A stretch of 64,000 bases of DNA from an uncultured Pelagibacteraceae bacterium (GCA_902573235.1 CACGIZ010000004.1:676-64675); one strand, 5' to 3'; positions 29,390 to 39,064 are shown, counted from the stretch's first letter. The notes: generated from the letters alone by a model not told the origin. Numbers and translations: made by a program.

Positions 29390-30831
29390 TTTTGTTTTAC
29401 AGTAATTGTTTGATTTAGCTTCTTTATATCAATCATTTCTTTACTTCCATCTGTCCATCTGACCTCTACATTAAAATTTTTTTCATTTTTTCTAATTCCA
29501 TAATGTGCCACAGGCTCCATTTGACATAAGTAACCAGATCCTGCGTCAATAGTTTTTGAATGTTTTCTCTGATCAGTTATTAACGTTACAGTAGCTCCTC
29601 TTGCTGGTGCACCATTTTTGTTAAGTGGTTTAATTCTTAAATATTTATTTTCTTTTTTGACTATTGCCTTGTACAAAGTTAATGTTTGTTCTTTGCTCTC
29701 ACCTCTAGAAACTAATAATTCTAAAACTCCATCATTATCTATGTCTGCAACTGCAGCCCCAGTTCCATATCCATTAGGTTCGAGTCCTACCTTTAAATTT
29801 ATCTGTTCAAATTTTCCATTATCTTTAATGCGAAATAACTTATTTGGTTCTGCTATATTGTTCATGAAAACTTCATCAAAACCATCGTTATCAAAATCTG
29901 CAGATATAATTGTTCTTATTCTAGACGGTTCATCAAAATCTTTATTTCCAATGTCTTTAAATTCATTATTTTTCAAAACCCAAGCTCTGTGATATCCGAG
30001 CCAATTACCACTTAAAATATCTAATCTACCTCTGTAATATATGTCTGATAAAGCTGTACCCCTTCCATTTTGGATTGCATCATCTAATCTATAATCAAAT
30101 GCAACATCATCAAACTTTCCATTATTATTTTTAAAAAGAAAATTTGCTCCTCTCTCATTAGCTGCAAAGATATCTGCTCTTTCTGTCAAGATATGTCCGG
30201 ACACAACTGCTCTTCCACCAGTAATATTATCAAGATTTAAATTCTTAGCTTTATCTTTGATAAGTTCATTTTCAATCTCGTAAAACCTTGTTGGTCCTCC
30301 GTAATTTGCAACATAAATACCATATTCCCCATCTCCCTTTCTATCTACACAAACAACAGATCTTCCTGCTGTTAAATTTAGATTTGCTTTATTTTTTTCT
30401 AATTCAAATAAATCAAAATATTTTTTATCTTTTATATCCAATAATCTATCTGAATATTTTTTAGCTCCACTATATGTATCAGTATTTAAAAAGTAGATTT
30501 CTTCAAAGCCATCTTTGTCAATATCACATGCAGCAACTCCTATAGTTTTCTTTGAAGCATCTGAAAAAATTTTTTGTTGGTTTAAATCCTTTAGTTTTCC
30601 ATCCTGATAAGATAAAGCTAAATTAGGAAAGCCAAAACCTGTAACTAAAAACTCATAATTTCCATCCATATTAAAATCTGTTACGGAAATACCGTAGCTA
30701 AGCCTTTTCCCATTATTCTCAATAATTTTCGATAAATCCTCAAAAAATTCTGCGCGAGCATTATTTGTAAGAATTATAAATAAAAATAAAATCAAATATT
30801 TAGAAAAATTTTTTATCTTTTTGATGAACAT
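29386..30831 (-). CDS. CRTAC1-like protein (FG-GAP repeats + ASPIC/UnbV domain)
   Basis: Ca-binding loops DFNMDG, DIDKDG, DFDNDG, DIDNDG; C-terminal IDAGSGYLCQMEPVAHYG; signal peptide; ATG 30831 preferred. Confidence 0.88.
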   Translation of the reverse strand: MFIKKIKNFSKYLILFLFIILTNNARAEFFEDLSKIIENNGKRLSYGISVTDFNMDGNYEFLVTGFGFPNLALSYQDGKLKDLNQQKIFSDASKKTIGVAACDIDKDGFEEIYFLNTDTYSGAKKYSDRLLDIKDKKYFDLFELEKNKANLNLTAGRSVVCVDRKGDGEYGIYVANYGGPTRFYEIENELIKDKAKNLNLDNITGGRAVVSGHILTERADIFAANERGANFLFKNNNGKFDDVAFDYRLDDAIQNGRGTALSDIYYRGRLDILSGNWLGYHRAWVLKNNEFKDIGNKDFDEPSRIRTIISADFDNDGFDEVFMNNIAEPNKLFRIKDNGKFEQINLKVGLEPNGYGTGAAVADIDNDGVLELLVSRGESKEQTLTLYKAIVKKENKYLRIKPLNKNGAPARGATVTLITDQRKHSKTIDAGSGYLCQMEPVAHYGIRKNEKNFNVEVRWTDGSKEMIDIKKLNQTITVKQK

Positions 30832-30941
30832 TTTTTTGAACAATACTTAACTTTTTCCCAGTTTAATCTCCATTTTTTTCGCCAAATAAAAGATCTTTTA
30901 CAAACAGAACAAATTTTTGAAGGAAGATTTTCTTTTTTCAC
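30813..30941 (-). CDS. DUF2256 family zinc-finger-like microprotein (42 aa), missed by ORF track
   Basis: MKKENLPSKICSVCKRSFIWRKKWRLNWEKVKYCSKKCSSKR*; CxxC...CxxxC and WRKKW; GTG overlaps photolyase TAG. Confidence 0.85.
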   Translation of the reverse strand: MKKENLPSKICSVCKRSFIWRKKWRLNWEKVKYCSKKCSSKR

Positions 30942-32431
30942 TAGATTGTATTTTGTTTAATAAATTTATCTGCAGCTGACAAAATCATTTTTTTTCTTTC
31001 AGTTTTCATTTTATCAAAAATTCTAACCATCATTGATAGTCTTGGATTTTTCAAAAAAAACTTTCTATTACGATCAATAAATCTCCAATAAAGACCATCC
31101 ATTGTGTTACACCACTCGCCTTTTTTAAAATTCATCATTTTCATAAAGTAACTTGATCCGCATATATAAGGTTTGGTTGCAAAAATTCCTCCATCACTAA
31201 ACAATCCCATACCATAAACATTGGGCACCATTACCCAATCTGAAGAGTCTACAAACATTTCCATGAACCATTTGTAGACAATGGTGGGCTTTATTTCACA
31301 AAGGTTCATAATATTAGATAAAATCATTAATCTTTCAATGTGATGAGACCAACCATGGTTTAAAGCATTTTTAATTGCATAATCCAATGGGGGTAATCCA
31401 GTTGTACCTTCATACCAAGATTTTTTCATTTTTCTATTTTGTTTGAAAAAATTTCCATTTTCCATTTCGTTTGAATAACTTTGATAAATTCCTCTCATGA
31501 ATTCTCTCCAACCAATTACCTGACGTATGTAGCCTTCTAATGAATTTAATCTTATTTTTTTATTTTTATGAAACTCTAAAACTTTTTTGATAATAAATTC
31601 TGGAGTGATTAAGCCTAAGTTAATATAAGGACTTAGTGCACTATGGAATAAAATATTGTCTTTTTGATCGACTGCATCCTCATAATCTCCAAATAAATTT
31701 GATTTCTCTTTAATAAAAAAATTTAATAACTTAACAACATCATTGTATTCAGTAGCAAACCAAAAATTATCAGTTTTACCAGGATGATCTTTAAATAATT
31801 TTTCAATAATTGGTTTTAACTTTTTAGTATGATTGGTTTCATTTATTTTTGGAAATTTTGGGATTGAAATATTTTTTGGTAATTTATTTCTATTATCTTC
31901 GTCAAAACTCCATTTACCTCCAATTGGGTTTCCATCCGAACCCATAAGTATTCCTGATTTTTTTCTGACATCTTTATAAAAAACTGCCATAAAAGGTTTT
32001 TTTGATTTGGAAAGATATTGTTTAAATTCTTCTCTAGAATTTAAAAACATTGGAGTTTGTATAACATTCCATTTTATTTTTTCTTTTTTCAGAAATTGAT
32101 TTATTTTTTTTTCAAAAAATTTATCTTCAACTTCAAAGCTTGAGACCTCTTTTATTTTTTTTGAGCTAATTATTTTTTTTAATTTTTTTAAATAATCATC
32201 CTTAAATTCTTTATCCTCAATTTTAGTGTACTCTAATTTAAATTTATCTCTTTTAAGACTATCTGCATGTGAGCGCATTGATGATAAGAAAAGAAGTATT
32301 TTTTGTTTATGGTGTTTTTCATAAGTGCATAATTGGTAATCTTCAGCCATAAAAAATAGGTGGTCTTTTTTGAAGCGGTCCAAGTATTTTGATGGAAATA
32401 ATTGATTACCCAGTATAAAAAATAACTTCAT
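30941..32431 (-). CDS. Bacterial (6-4) photolyase/cryptochrome (PhrB/CryB-like), lacking Fe-S cysteines
   Basis: ILGNQL, HHKQK, GGKWSFDEDNR, FGDYEDA, RQVIGWRE, HHIERLM, WVMVPNV, ATKPY. Confidence 0.92.
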   Translation of the reverse strand: MKLFFILGNQLFPSKYLDRFKKDHLFFMAEDYQLCTYEKHHKQKILLFLSSMRSHADSLKRDKFKLEYTKIEDKEFKDDYLKKLKKIISSKKIKEVSSFEVEDKFFEKKINQFLKKEKIKWNVIQTPMFLNSREEFKQYLSKSKKPFMAVFYKDVRKKSGILMGSDGNPIGGKWSFDEDNRNKLPKNISIPKFPKINETNHTKKLKPIIEKLFKDHPGKTDNFWFATEYNDVVKLLNFFIKEKSNLFGDYEDAVDQKDNILFHSALSPYINLGLITPEFIIKKVLEFHKNKKIRLNSLEGYIRQVIGWREFMRGIYQSYSNEMENGNFFKQNRKMKKSWYEGTTGLPPLDYAIKNALNHGWSHHIERLMILSNIMNLCEIKPTIVYKWFMEMFVDSSDWVMVPNVYGMGLFSDGGIFATKPYICGSSYFMKMMNFKKGEWCNTMDGLYWRFIDRNRKFFLKNPRLSMMVRIFDKMKTERKKMILSAADKFIKQNTI

Positions 32432-32458
32432 AGTTAAATATAACGAATAAAATTTTTT

Positions 32459-33169
32459 ATGTCAGAAAAATATCTTATTTTTGGTGCGACAGGTTCAATC
32501 GGATCTAGCTTAGCTGAACAATTAGTAAATTCAGGAAATTCTGTTCATTTAGTTGGAAGAAATGAAAATGAAACAAAAAGTATTTCTGAAAAACTTGGTT
32601 GTACTTTTACAATTGCAGATGTTTTAGAAGATGGATTTGCAGAAAAAGTTAAAAATGACATTTCAGATATAAAAGGTATTGCTTATTGTGTTGGTTCAAT
32701 AGATTTAAAACCTTTGAGAATGGTTAATGAAAATGATTTTAATAAATGTATGAAGTTAAATCTCTATTCTGCAGTCGAGGTTATCAAAAGTTATCAAGAG
32801 AGTTTAAAAAAAAATAAAGGTTCGGTAGTTTTATTCTCTACAGTTGCAGCACAAAGAGGATTTACTAATCATACAATAATTGCTTCTGCTAAAGCTGCTG
32901 TCGAAGGATTAACAGTTTCTTTGGCTGCCGAATTTGCTCCAAATATCAGAGTGAATTGCATTGCACCAAGTTTAACTAATTCGAAAATTGCAGAACCGAT
33001 GTTGAAAAATAAAGCATTAGCAGATGGTATAGCAAAAGCTCATCCTCTAAAAAGACTAGGTGAGGGAAAAGACTCCGCCTCTCTTGCAAAATTTCTCATT
33101 ACTGATGACAGCTCTTGGGTTACAGGTCAGATTATTGCTGTTGATGGTGGTAGATCAAAACTTTCTTAG
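32459..33169 (+). CDS. SDR family oxidoreductase
   Basis: GATGSIG, RVNCIAPS, TGQIIAVDGG. Confidence 0.9.
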   Translation: MSEKYLIFGATGSIGSSLAEQLVNSGNSVHLVGRNENETKSISEKLGCTFTIADVLEDGFAEKVKNDISDIKGIAYCVGSIDLKPLRMVNENDFNKCMKLNLYSAVEVIKSYQESLKKNKGSVVLFSTVAAQRGFTNHTIIASAKAAVEGLTVSLAAEFAPNIRVNCIAPSLTNSKIAEPMLKNKALADGIAKAHPLKRLGEGKDSASLAKFLITDDSSWVTGQIIAVDGGRSKLS

Positions 33170-33170
33170 A

Positions 33171-34238
33171 GTGAGAAAAATTTTTATTTCAGTAGTCTTA
33201 TTTTTAATTCCTTTAAATATCTCATTTGCAGAAAATCTTAATTTTGAAAAGATTGTAGATTTAAATGACCCTTGGGGGTCTACTTTTATTGATAAAAATA
33301 ATTTATTGATTACAGAAAAAAGTGGAAAAATTAAATTAATTGATCTTAATTCTAAAAAAATCTCTGAGATTAATCATAATCTTAAATTCCGAGAACATGG
33401 CCAAGGAGGTTTATTGGACATTCTATTTAAAGATAATTTTGTTTATATTTCGTACACTGAAAACAGAGGAAATCAAAAAACTAGTACTTCAATAGCTAAA
33501 GCTAATTATAATAAAAAGAATTTAGTATTTGAAAATATTTTTCAAGCAAATCCGCCCATTGACTCAGGTTACCATTTTGGATCAAGATTAGCGATAAAAG
33601 ATAATTATCTTTTTGCATCAGCTGGAGAAAGAGGCCAAGGTATGATTGCTCAAGATCCTACAAAACATCCTGGGAGTATTATTAGAATTAATACTGATGG
33701 CAGTATTCCTAAAGACAATCCTAAATTTATAGATAAATCTGATTGGCTACCAGAAATTTATCAAATCGGAATTAGAAATCCTCAAGGGTTAACCTTATCT
33801 CCATTTGATAATAAAATTTATATGAGTAATCATGGAGCTAAAGGGGGTGATTGGTTTGGTGAGGCAAAAAAGGGAGAGAACTATGGATGGAAAATTTTAG
33901 GATGGGGTGGAAAGAATTATTCAGGAATTCCTATTGGCCCTAAATGGAAACCAGGTTTTACAAAAGCAATACAATATTGGGTACCATCAATAGCAACTAG
34001 TGCAATAACTATTTATAAAGGTAATGAATTTAATGAATGGAATGGACATGCTTTAATTACTTCTCTTAAGGATCAATCACTAAGAAAATTAGTATTCAAT
34101 GACTTGTCAAATGTAAAAGAAGAGATAATTTTTAAAGGTAAAATTGGAAGAATAAGAGATATACAAGTTCATCCAAAAAATGGAAAAATTTACTTTTTAG
34201 CAAGTGATAACCTTTGGTTGATGGAGAAGGCTAAATAA
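33171..34238 (+). CDS. PQQ-dependent sugar dehydrogenase (YliI/GSDH family)
   Basis: GQGGLLD, HFGSRL, GIRNPQG, NYGW, RIRD; GTG at 33171 begins a signal peptide. Confidence 0.88.
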   Translation: MRKIFISVVLFLIPLNISFAENLNFEKIVDLNDPWGSTFIDKNNLLITEKSGKIKLIDLNSKKISEINHNLKFREHGQGGLLDILFKDNFVYISYTENRGNQKTSTSIAKANYNKKNLVFENIFQANPPIDSGYHFGSRLAIKDNYLFASAGERGQGMIAQDPTKHPGSIIRINTDGSIPKDNPKFIDKSDWLPEIYQIGIRNPQGLTLSPFDNKIYMSNHGAKGGDWFGEAKKGENYGWKILGWGGKNYSGIPIGPKWKPGFTKAIQYWVPSIATSAITIYKGNEFNEWNGHALITSLKDQSLRKLVFNDLSNVKEEIIFKGKIGRIRDIQVHPKNGKIYFLASDNLWLMEKAK

Positions 34239-34248
34239 ATCTTAGTGA

Positions 34249-36786
34249 TTATTGATTTCTTATAAGAGGATAAACCTTTGGATTTAAATATTTGATATTA
34301 GTTAATAATATTAACACCAACGTTACCAAACCAATGGATAAGCCAAGATAAATCAAAACTTTAAGATCAAACTTCCAGAATAACTCAAATATATTTTCAA
34401 TAATAAATTTTGAACCAACTACAGCAAACAAAATTGCAATCATTATTACAGATATAAAAATAATCATAAATTCAATCAGCGAAGAAAAAATAATCTCTTT
34501 TCTTGAAAAACCTAAAATTTTAAAAACCAAATTTTGGTATTCTCTTACTTTTCCTTGGACCATTATTGCACTTGATATTACAATTAAACCAATGACGATA
34601 GTGACTGTTGAAATTATAATAACTGCTATGAAAACTTTATTTAAAACATTTGTTACCTTATTTAAATAATCAGCAATTTTAATCATTGATAAACTAGGGA
34701 AAATTTCAAGCATTTTTGTTTCATCAAATTTATTTAAACTATAGAACTTAGTGGTTGCTAAATATTCGTGAGGAATATTTTTTGCAAAGTCAGGATTAAA
34801 GAGCATTGCAAAATTTATATTAAGATCTCTATAATCAACTTGTCTAAAGTTGACTATTTCACCATCAATTTCTCTACCATAGATATTCAAAGTAAATATA
34901 TCCCCTAATTTAATATTAAAATCTTTTGCAACCTTAGCGTCTAATGATATCTGAAGTTGGTTTGGTTTAGACAAATCCCACCACTTACCATCAATAATTA
35001 GATTATCCTCAGGAACTTCTTTTGTCCAAGATGATCTCCGTTCAGTGCCTATAACCCAATAGCTATCATTTTCAGGTGTTATATATGTATTTGGATTTAT
35101 ACCATTAATCTTTACTATTCCTGAAGAAACCATTGGCACAATTTCAATATTTGCACCAGGATCCATTGATAAAATTTTTTGTTCAAACCTTTCACGCTCT
35201 CCATTTTGAATACCCACAAAAAAATAATCTGGAGCGATGTCAGGTATTGATTTTGCTATTTCTCTTTTAAAATTAGTTCCAACTAATGCCAAGGTCAAAA
35301 GTAATGTAACACCAAGGCCTAAAGACATAATTGTTATAGGGGTAATACTTTTTGATTGTGTAATATTTTTAATAGATACTTTTAAAGGAGTGCTCCAATT
35401 AAATTTTAACTTTTTTAGAGAAAATATGATTAACTTTGAAAGTAGAAAAAAGATAATTAAACAAATAAAAAATGCCCCAAAATACCCAAGACTATAAGCA
35501 AGATTTTCTGACCTATAAGTAAATATTAGAATTAAAATCGATAACATAATAATACTCATGCCAATTAATTTTTTTGAATAGTAAAATTGTAAGTTTTGGA
35601 ATACATTTCTAAATAGACTTGAAGCTTTGATTTGATCGATAGAACTAATTGTAGGAATCGAAAAAATTATCAAAACTAATAAACCTATTAAAAATATTTT
35701 TAAAAAATTAAAAAAAGAAAAAAATAAATTTATCTTAAGTCCAAAGCTACTTGACAAATATTTGTCTAGTAATGGCACAATTAGTAAACTACTAAAATAC
35801 GCCGAAATAGTAATTATAAATAATAACATTACTAATTGTAAATAATAAAGTTTTTTAATGTTACCGGAATAGAAACCTAAGGCCTTTCTAACTGCTATAG
35901 ATAAATTATTTTGATTTATAAAAGACAAAAGAGTATTAGCAATACCAATACCAGCAATAAGCATTGCACTTATTGAGACAAGGGATAAAAATTGTGAAAA
36001 GTTACCAATTACTCTTTTTAATCCACTTGCTGCATTTTCTGGATATCTAATTTTTACCTTTTGATCATTTTTAAAAATACTTTCGATTTTTTTTATGATT
36101 ATTTCTGGGTTATCATTGTTATTAAATTTTACTTTGTATTCATAATTTAAAAAATTTCCTATTCCATTAAGTTTTAAGATTTCCAAAGTTTGTTTACCTG
36201 TTAAAACCCAATCTCCAAAAGTCACAAACCCACTTACATCTGGAACAGATCTTACCTTTCCAATCACAAGAAATTCTTGATCTTGAATTTTTACAATTTC
36301 ATTTGTTTTGATATTTAAGGTTTTTGATAAACTCTCATTAATTAAAATTGTATAAGGTTCACTTTGCATTCTTTCATAAGCATCAGCAGGTTCATAAGTT
36401 ACCTCACCATATAAAGGATATTTTTGGTCAACTGTTTTTATTCTAGTGAATAAAGATTTATTTTTCTTTCGATTTGTTGTCGAAAGCATTGTGCTGAATT
36501 CAACCATCTCTGATATAGTTGTAAACTTTTCAACTTCATTTAATAAATCTATATCTCCTTGATTTCTATTATAATCAATTTCTAAGTCTCCACCTAAAAG
36601 CTCTTTAGCATTTTCTTTGAGTTCTTTTTTTAAACTATCCTCAATAGTAAATATTGCACTTAAAATAAAAAGACTGATGAACAGAGTGATAATTATACTT
36701 GAGATTTTTTTATAGTTCCTTTTTAAATCTCTCAGAGCATATATTAAGATAAATTTGTATTGATAAAAATTATTTAATTTTTCCAT
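34249..36786 (-). CDS. ABC transporter permease, YbbP/FtsX-like
   Basis: LLGGDL, YPLYG, two FtsX-like halves; ATG 36786 preferred. Confidence 0.88.
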   Translation of the reverse strand: MEKLNNFYQYKFILIYALRDLKRNYKKISSIIITLFISLFILSAIFTIEDSLKKELKENAKELLGGDLEIDYNRNQGDIDLLNEVEKFTTISEMVEFSTMLSTTNRKKNKSLFTRIKTVDQKYPLYGEVTYEPADAYERMQSEPYTILINESLSKTLNIKTNEIVKIQDQEFLVIGKVRSVPDVSGFVTFGDWVLTGKQTLEILKLNGIGNFLNYEYKVKFNNNDNPEIIIKKIESIFKNDQKVKIRYPENAASGLKRVIGNFSQFLSLVSISAMLIAGIGIANTLLSFINQNNLSIAVRKALGFYSGNIKKLYYLQLVMLLFIITISAYFSSLLIVPLLDKYLSSSFGLKINLFFSFFNFLKIFLIGLLVLIIFSIPTISSIDQIKASSLFRNVFQNLQFYYSKKLIGMSIIMLSILILIFTYRSENLAYSLGYFGAFFICLIIFFLLSKLIIFSLKKLKFNWSTPLKVSIKNITQSKSITPITIMSLGLGVTLLLTLALVGTNFKREIAKSIPDIAPDYFFVGIQNGERERFEQKILSMDPGANIEIVPMVSSGIVKINGINPNTYITPENDSYWVIGTERRSSWTKEVPEDNLIIDGKWWDLSKPNQLQISLDAKVAKDFNIKLGDIFTLNIYGREIDGEIVNFRQVDYRDLNINFAMLFNPDFAKNIPHEYLATTKFYSLNKFDETKMLEIFPSLSMIKIADYLNKVTNVLNKVFIAVIIISTVTIVIGLIVISSAIMVQGKVREYQNLVFKILGFSRKEIIFSSLIEFMIIFISVIMIAILFAVVGSKFIIENIFELFWKFDLKVLIYLGLSIGLVTLVLILLTNIKYLNPKVYPLIRNQ

Positions 36787-37435
36787 CTTTAATTTTAATT
36801 TTTCTACTTGCACGATTAGCAAGTTTTGGGTCATGTGTTACCATAATTAATGAGGAACCTTCTTCTTTAACATACCTAAATAAAATTTTAGAAATCATAT
36901 CAGAATTTTCTGTATCTAAATTTCCTGTAGGTTCATCAGCTAGAATTAGCTCTGGCTTCATAGCAATAGCTCTCGCGATAGCGACACGTTGTTGTTCTCC
37001 TCCAGATAACTGGCTAGGTAAATTATTTAGTCGATGTTTTAGGCCGAATCTATCTAAAAGGGATTTTGCTTCTTTCTCAGGATTTTTAAATTTATTCAAT
37101 TCAAGAATTAAGGTTACATTCTCTAGAGCTGTATAATTTGGGATTAAATAAAAAGACTGAAAAATTATACCAATATTTTTTTTTCTAATTTTTGATACTT
37201 CATCCTCACTTAATTTTGTAATTTCGTGGTCTTGAAAGTATATCTTGCCTGAAGTTGGACGCTCTAAACCGCCAATTAACATGATTAAACTTGTTTTTCC
37301 TGAACCACTTTCACCTACTATTGAAATAGTTTCCTTTTTTTTTGTGGTCAAATTTATATCTTTTAAAACGCTGATATTATCTTTACCAGTTTGGTATTTA
37401 AGATTTATCTTTTTTAATTTAAGAAGATTACTCAT
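36770..37435 (-). CDS. ABC transporter ATP-binding protein (YbbA/LolD-like)
   Basis: GESGSGKT, LSGGEQQRV, ADEPTGNLD, VTHD; ATG 37435 preferred. Confidence 0.93.
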   Translation of the reverse strand: MSNLLKLKKINLKYQTGKDNISVLKDINLTTKKKETISIVGESGSGKTSLIMLIGGLERPTSGKIYFQDHEITKLSEDEVSKIRKKNIGIIFQSFYLIPNYTALENVTLILELNKFKNPEKEAKSLLDRFGLKHRLNNLPSQLSGGEQQRVAIARAIAMKPELILADEPTGNLDTENSDMISKILFRYVKEEGSSLIMVTHDPKLANRASRKIKIKDGKIK

Positions 37436-38054
37436 GAGCAAAAGTTTTATTATTAAAATAATTATTATCTGTCTACTTACCATTAATGCATATGCAATCG
37501 AAAAGATTGTATTATTTGGTGATAGTTTAATGGCTGGTTATGGTTTGTCTGATGACAATAGTTTACCAGTCATTTTAGAAGAGAATTTAGAGGCAAAGGG
37601 ATATAATATTGAGATTATTGATGGCAGTGTTTCTGGTAGTACATCGTCAGGGGGATTAAATAGAGCTGATTGGACTTTTAGTGAACCAGATATAGATCTA
37701 ATAATTTTATGCTTAGGGGCTAATGACATGTTAAGAGGCATCCAGCCAAAAGAAACAAAAAGTAATTTAGAAAAGATTATAAAAATTGCTCAAGACAAAA
37801 ATATTAAAATTATCCTAGCTGGGATGATTGCTCCAACCTCGCATGGTTTTTCTTATAAAAAAAAATTTGACAAAATTTTTCCTGATTTAGCAGAAAAATT
37901 TAAAATAGAGCTTATTCCTTTTTTACTTGAGGGAGTTGCTATGAAGCCCGAATTTAATCTAAGTGATGGTATACATCCAAATGAAAAGGGCACTATAATA
38001 ATAAGTAGAACTTTGGAAGAGACAATTATAAAAATTAATAATAAAAAAAATTAG
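37434..38054 (+). CDS. Arylesterase / acyl-CoA thioesterase I (TesA-like, SGNH/GDSL)
   Basis: GDSLMAGYG, LGANDMLRG, DGIHPN; signal peptide from ATG 37434. Confidence 0.92.
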   Translation: MSKSFIIKIIIICLLTINAYAIEKIVLFGDSLMAGYGLSDDNSLPVILEENLEAKGYNIEIIDGSVSGSTSSGGLNRADWTFSEPDIDLIILCLGANDMLRGIQPKETKSNLEKIIKIAQDKNIKIILAGMIAPTSHGFSYKKKFDKIFPDLAEKFKIELIPFLLEGVAMKPEFNLSDGIHPNEKGTIIISRTLEETIIKINNKKN

Positions 38055-38059
38055 TTTTA

Positions 38060-39064
38060 GTGGAAAAAAAACCTTATCACCATTTACCAGACGGTACTTT
38101 TAGAAATCCTGAGGGTTCACCAGAACCAGATCCTAATGTTAAATGGTCCTTCAAAATTTTTAATAGAGAGAAAAAAAAGCTTAATATGAAAGTTCCCAAA
38201 GAACATGTTATTGAAAAAGAGAAAGTTTTAACAAACTTAAAAAAATTTCAGGAAGATGACTATGTGGTATGGATTGGCCACGCAACATTTTTAATTAAGC
38301 TTGGTAAAACAACAATTATTACAGATCCAGTATTTTCAAAAAATGCTGGGCCACTAATTTTTGGACCCAAGAGATTTACCGAACCAGCACTAAAATTAAA
38401 CGAAATTCCTAAAACAGATATTTTTTTACTCACCCATAATCATTATGATCACCAAGATATGATGACGATCCGGAGATTTCCTTTTAAAAATTCTAAAGTT
38501 TTACTCCCATTAAAACTTGGTAAATATTTTACCAGAAATGGTTATAGTGATGTGAACGAAATGGACTGGTATGATAAAATTGTAATAAATAAAAATTTAA
38601 AAATTACTTTTTTACCTGCTGTTCATTGGTCAAAAAGAAGTCTAACAGATACTAATAAAACTTTATGGGGAAATTTTTTGATCGAATATAAAGATAGAAA
38701 GTTATTATTTGGTTGTGACACTGGAGTAGGAAATATTTATAAGGATATAGGTAATAAATATGGCCCAATTGATCTAACCTTTATAAATATTGGTGCCTAT
38801 AATTTTTATCCAATAATGCCATATAAAGATAAATCAGTTTATCATACTAATCCTGAAGAAGCTTTGGAAATTGCCCAAAATTTAAAAAGTAAAAAAGTAA
38901 TCGGAATGCATTGGGGAACTTTCGTTTTATCTTTAGAGCCGATTATGGAGCCACCAGTAAGATTTAAGGCTAATGCAGAAAGATATGGCTTTAAAAAAGA
39001 GGACGCTATTATTTATAAAATAGGTGAGTTTGGATCATTAAAGAAATTACTTAATTATAATTAA
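38060..39064 (+). CDS. MBL-fold metallohydrolase (NAPE-PLD/RomA-like)
   Basis: WIGHAT, THNHYDHQD, IGAY, MHWGTF. Confidence 0.9.
   Translation: MEKKPYHHLPDGTFRNPEGSPEPDPNVKWSFKIFNREKKKLNMKVPKEHVIEKEKVLTNLKKFQEDDYVVWIGHATFLIKLGKTTIITDPVFSKNAGPLIFGPKRFTEPALKLNEIPKTDIFLLTHNHYDHQDMMTIRRFPFKNSKVLLPLKLGKYFTRNGYSDVNEMDWYDKIVINKNLKITFLPAVHWSKRSLTDTNKTLWGNFLIEYKDRKLLFGCDTGVGNIYKDIGNKYGPIDLTFINIGAYNFYPIMPYKDKSVYHTNPEEALEIAQNLKSKKVIGMHWGTFVLSLEPIMEPPVRFKANAERYGFKKEDAIIYKIGEFGSLKKLLNYN

Noticed and set aside
29618-29992. 124-aa plus-strand ORF, and similar antisense ORFs within TRAP genes, ccmF, folD, acs, purH and ftsK
   Set aside because: Fully nested opposite well-supported genes; composition typical of reverse-frame artefacts
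33060-33170. Extended N-terminus of the PQQ dehydrogenase overlapping the SDR
   Set aside because: GTG at 33171 starts a clean signal peptide just after the SDR stop
37245-37433. Long N-terminal extension of the TesA-like ORF
   Set aside because: Antisense to ABC ATPase coding sequence; the signal peptide begins at ATG 37434
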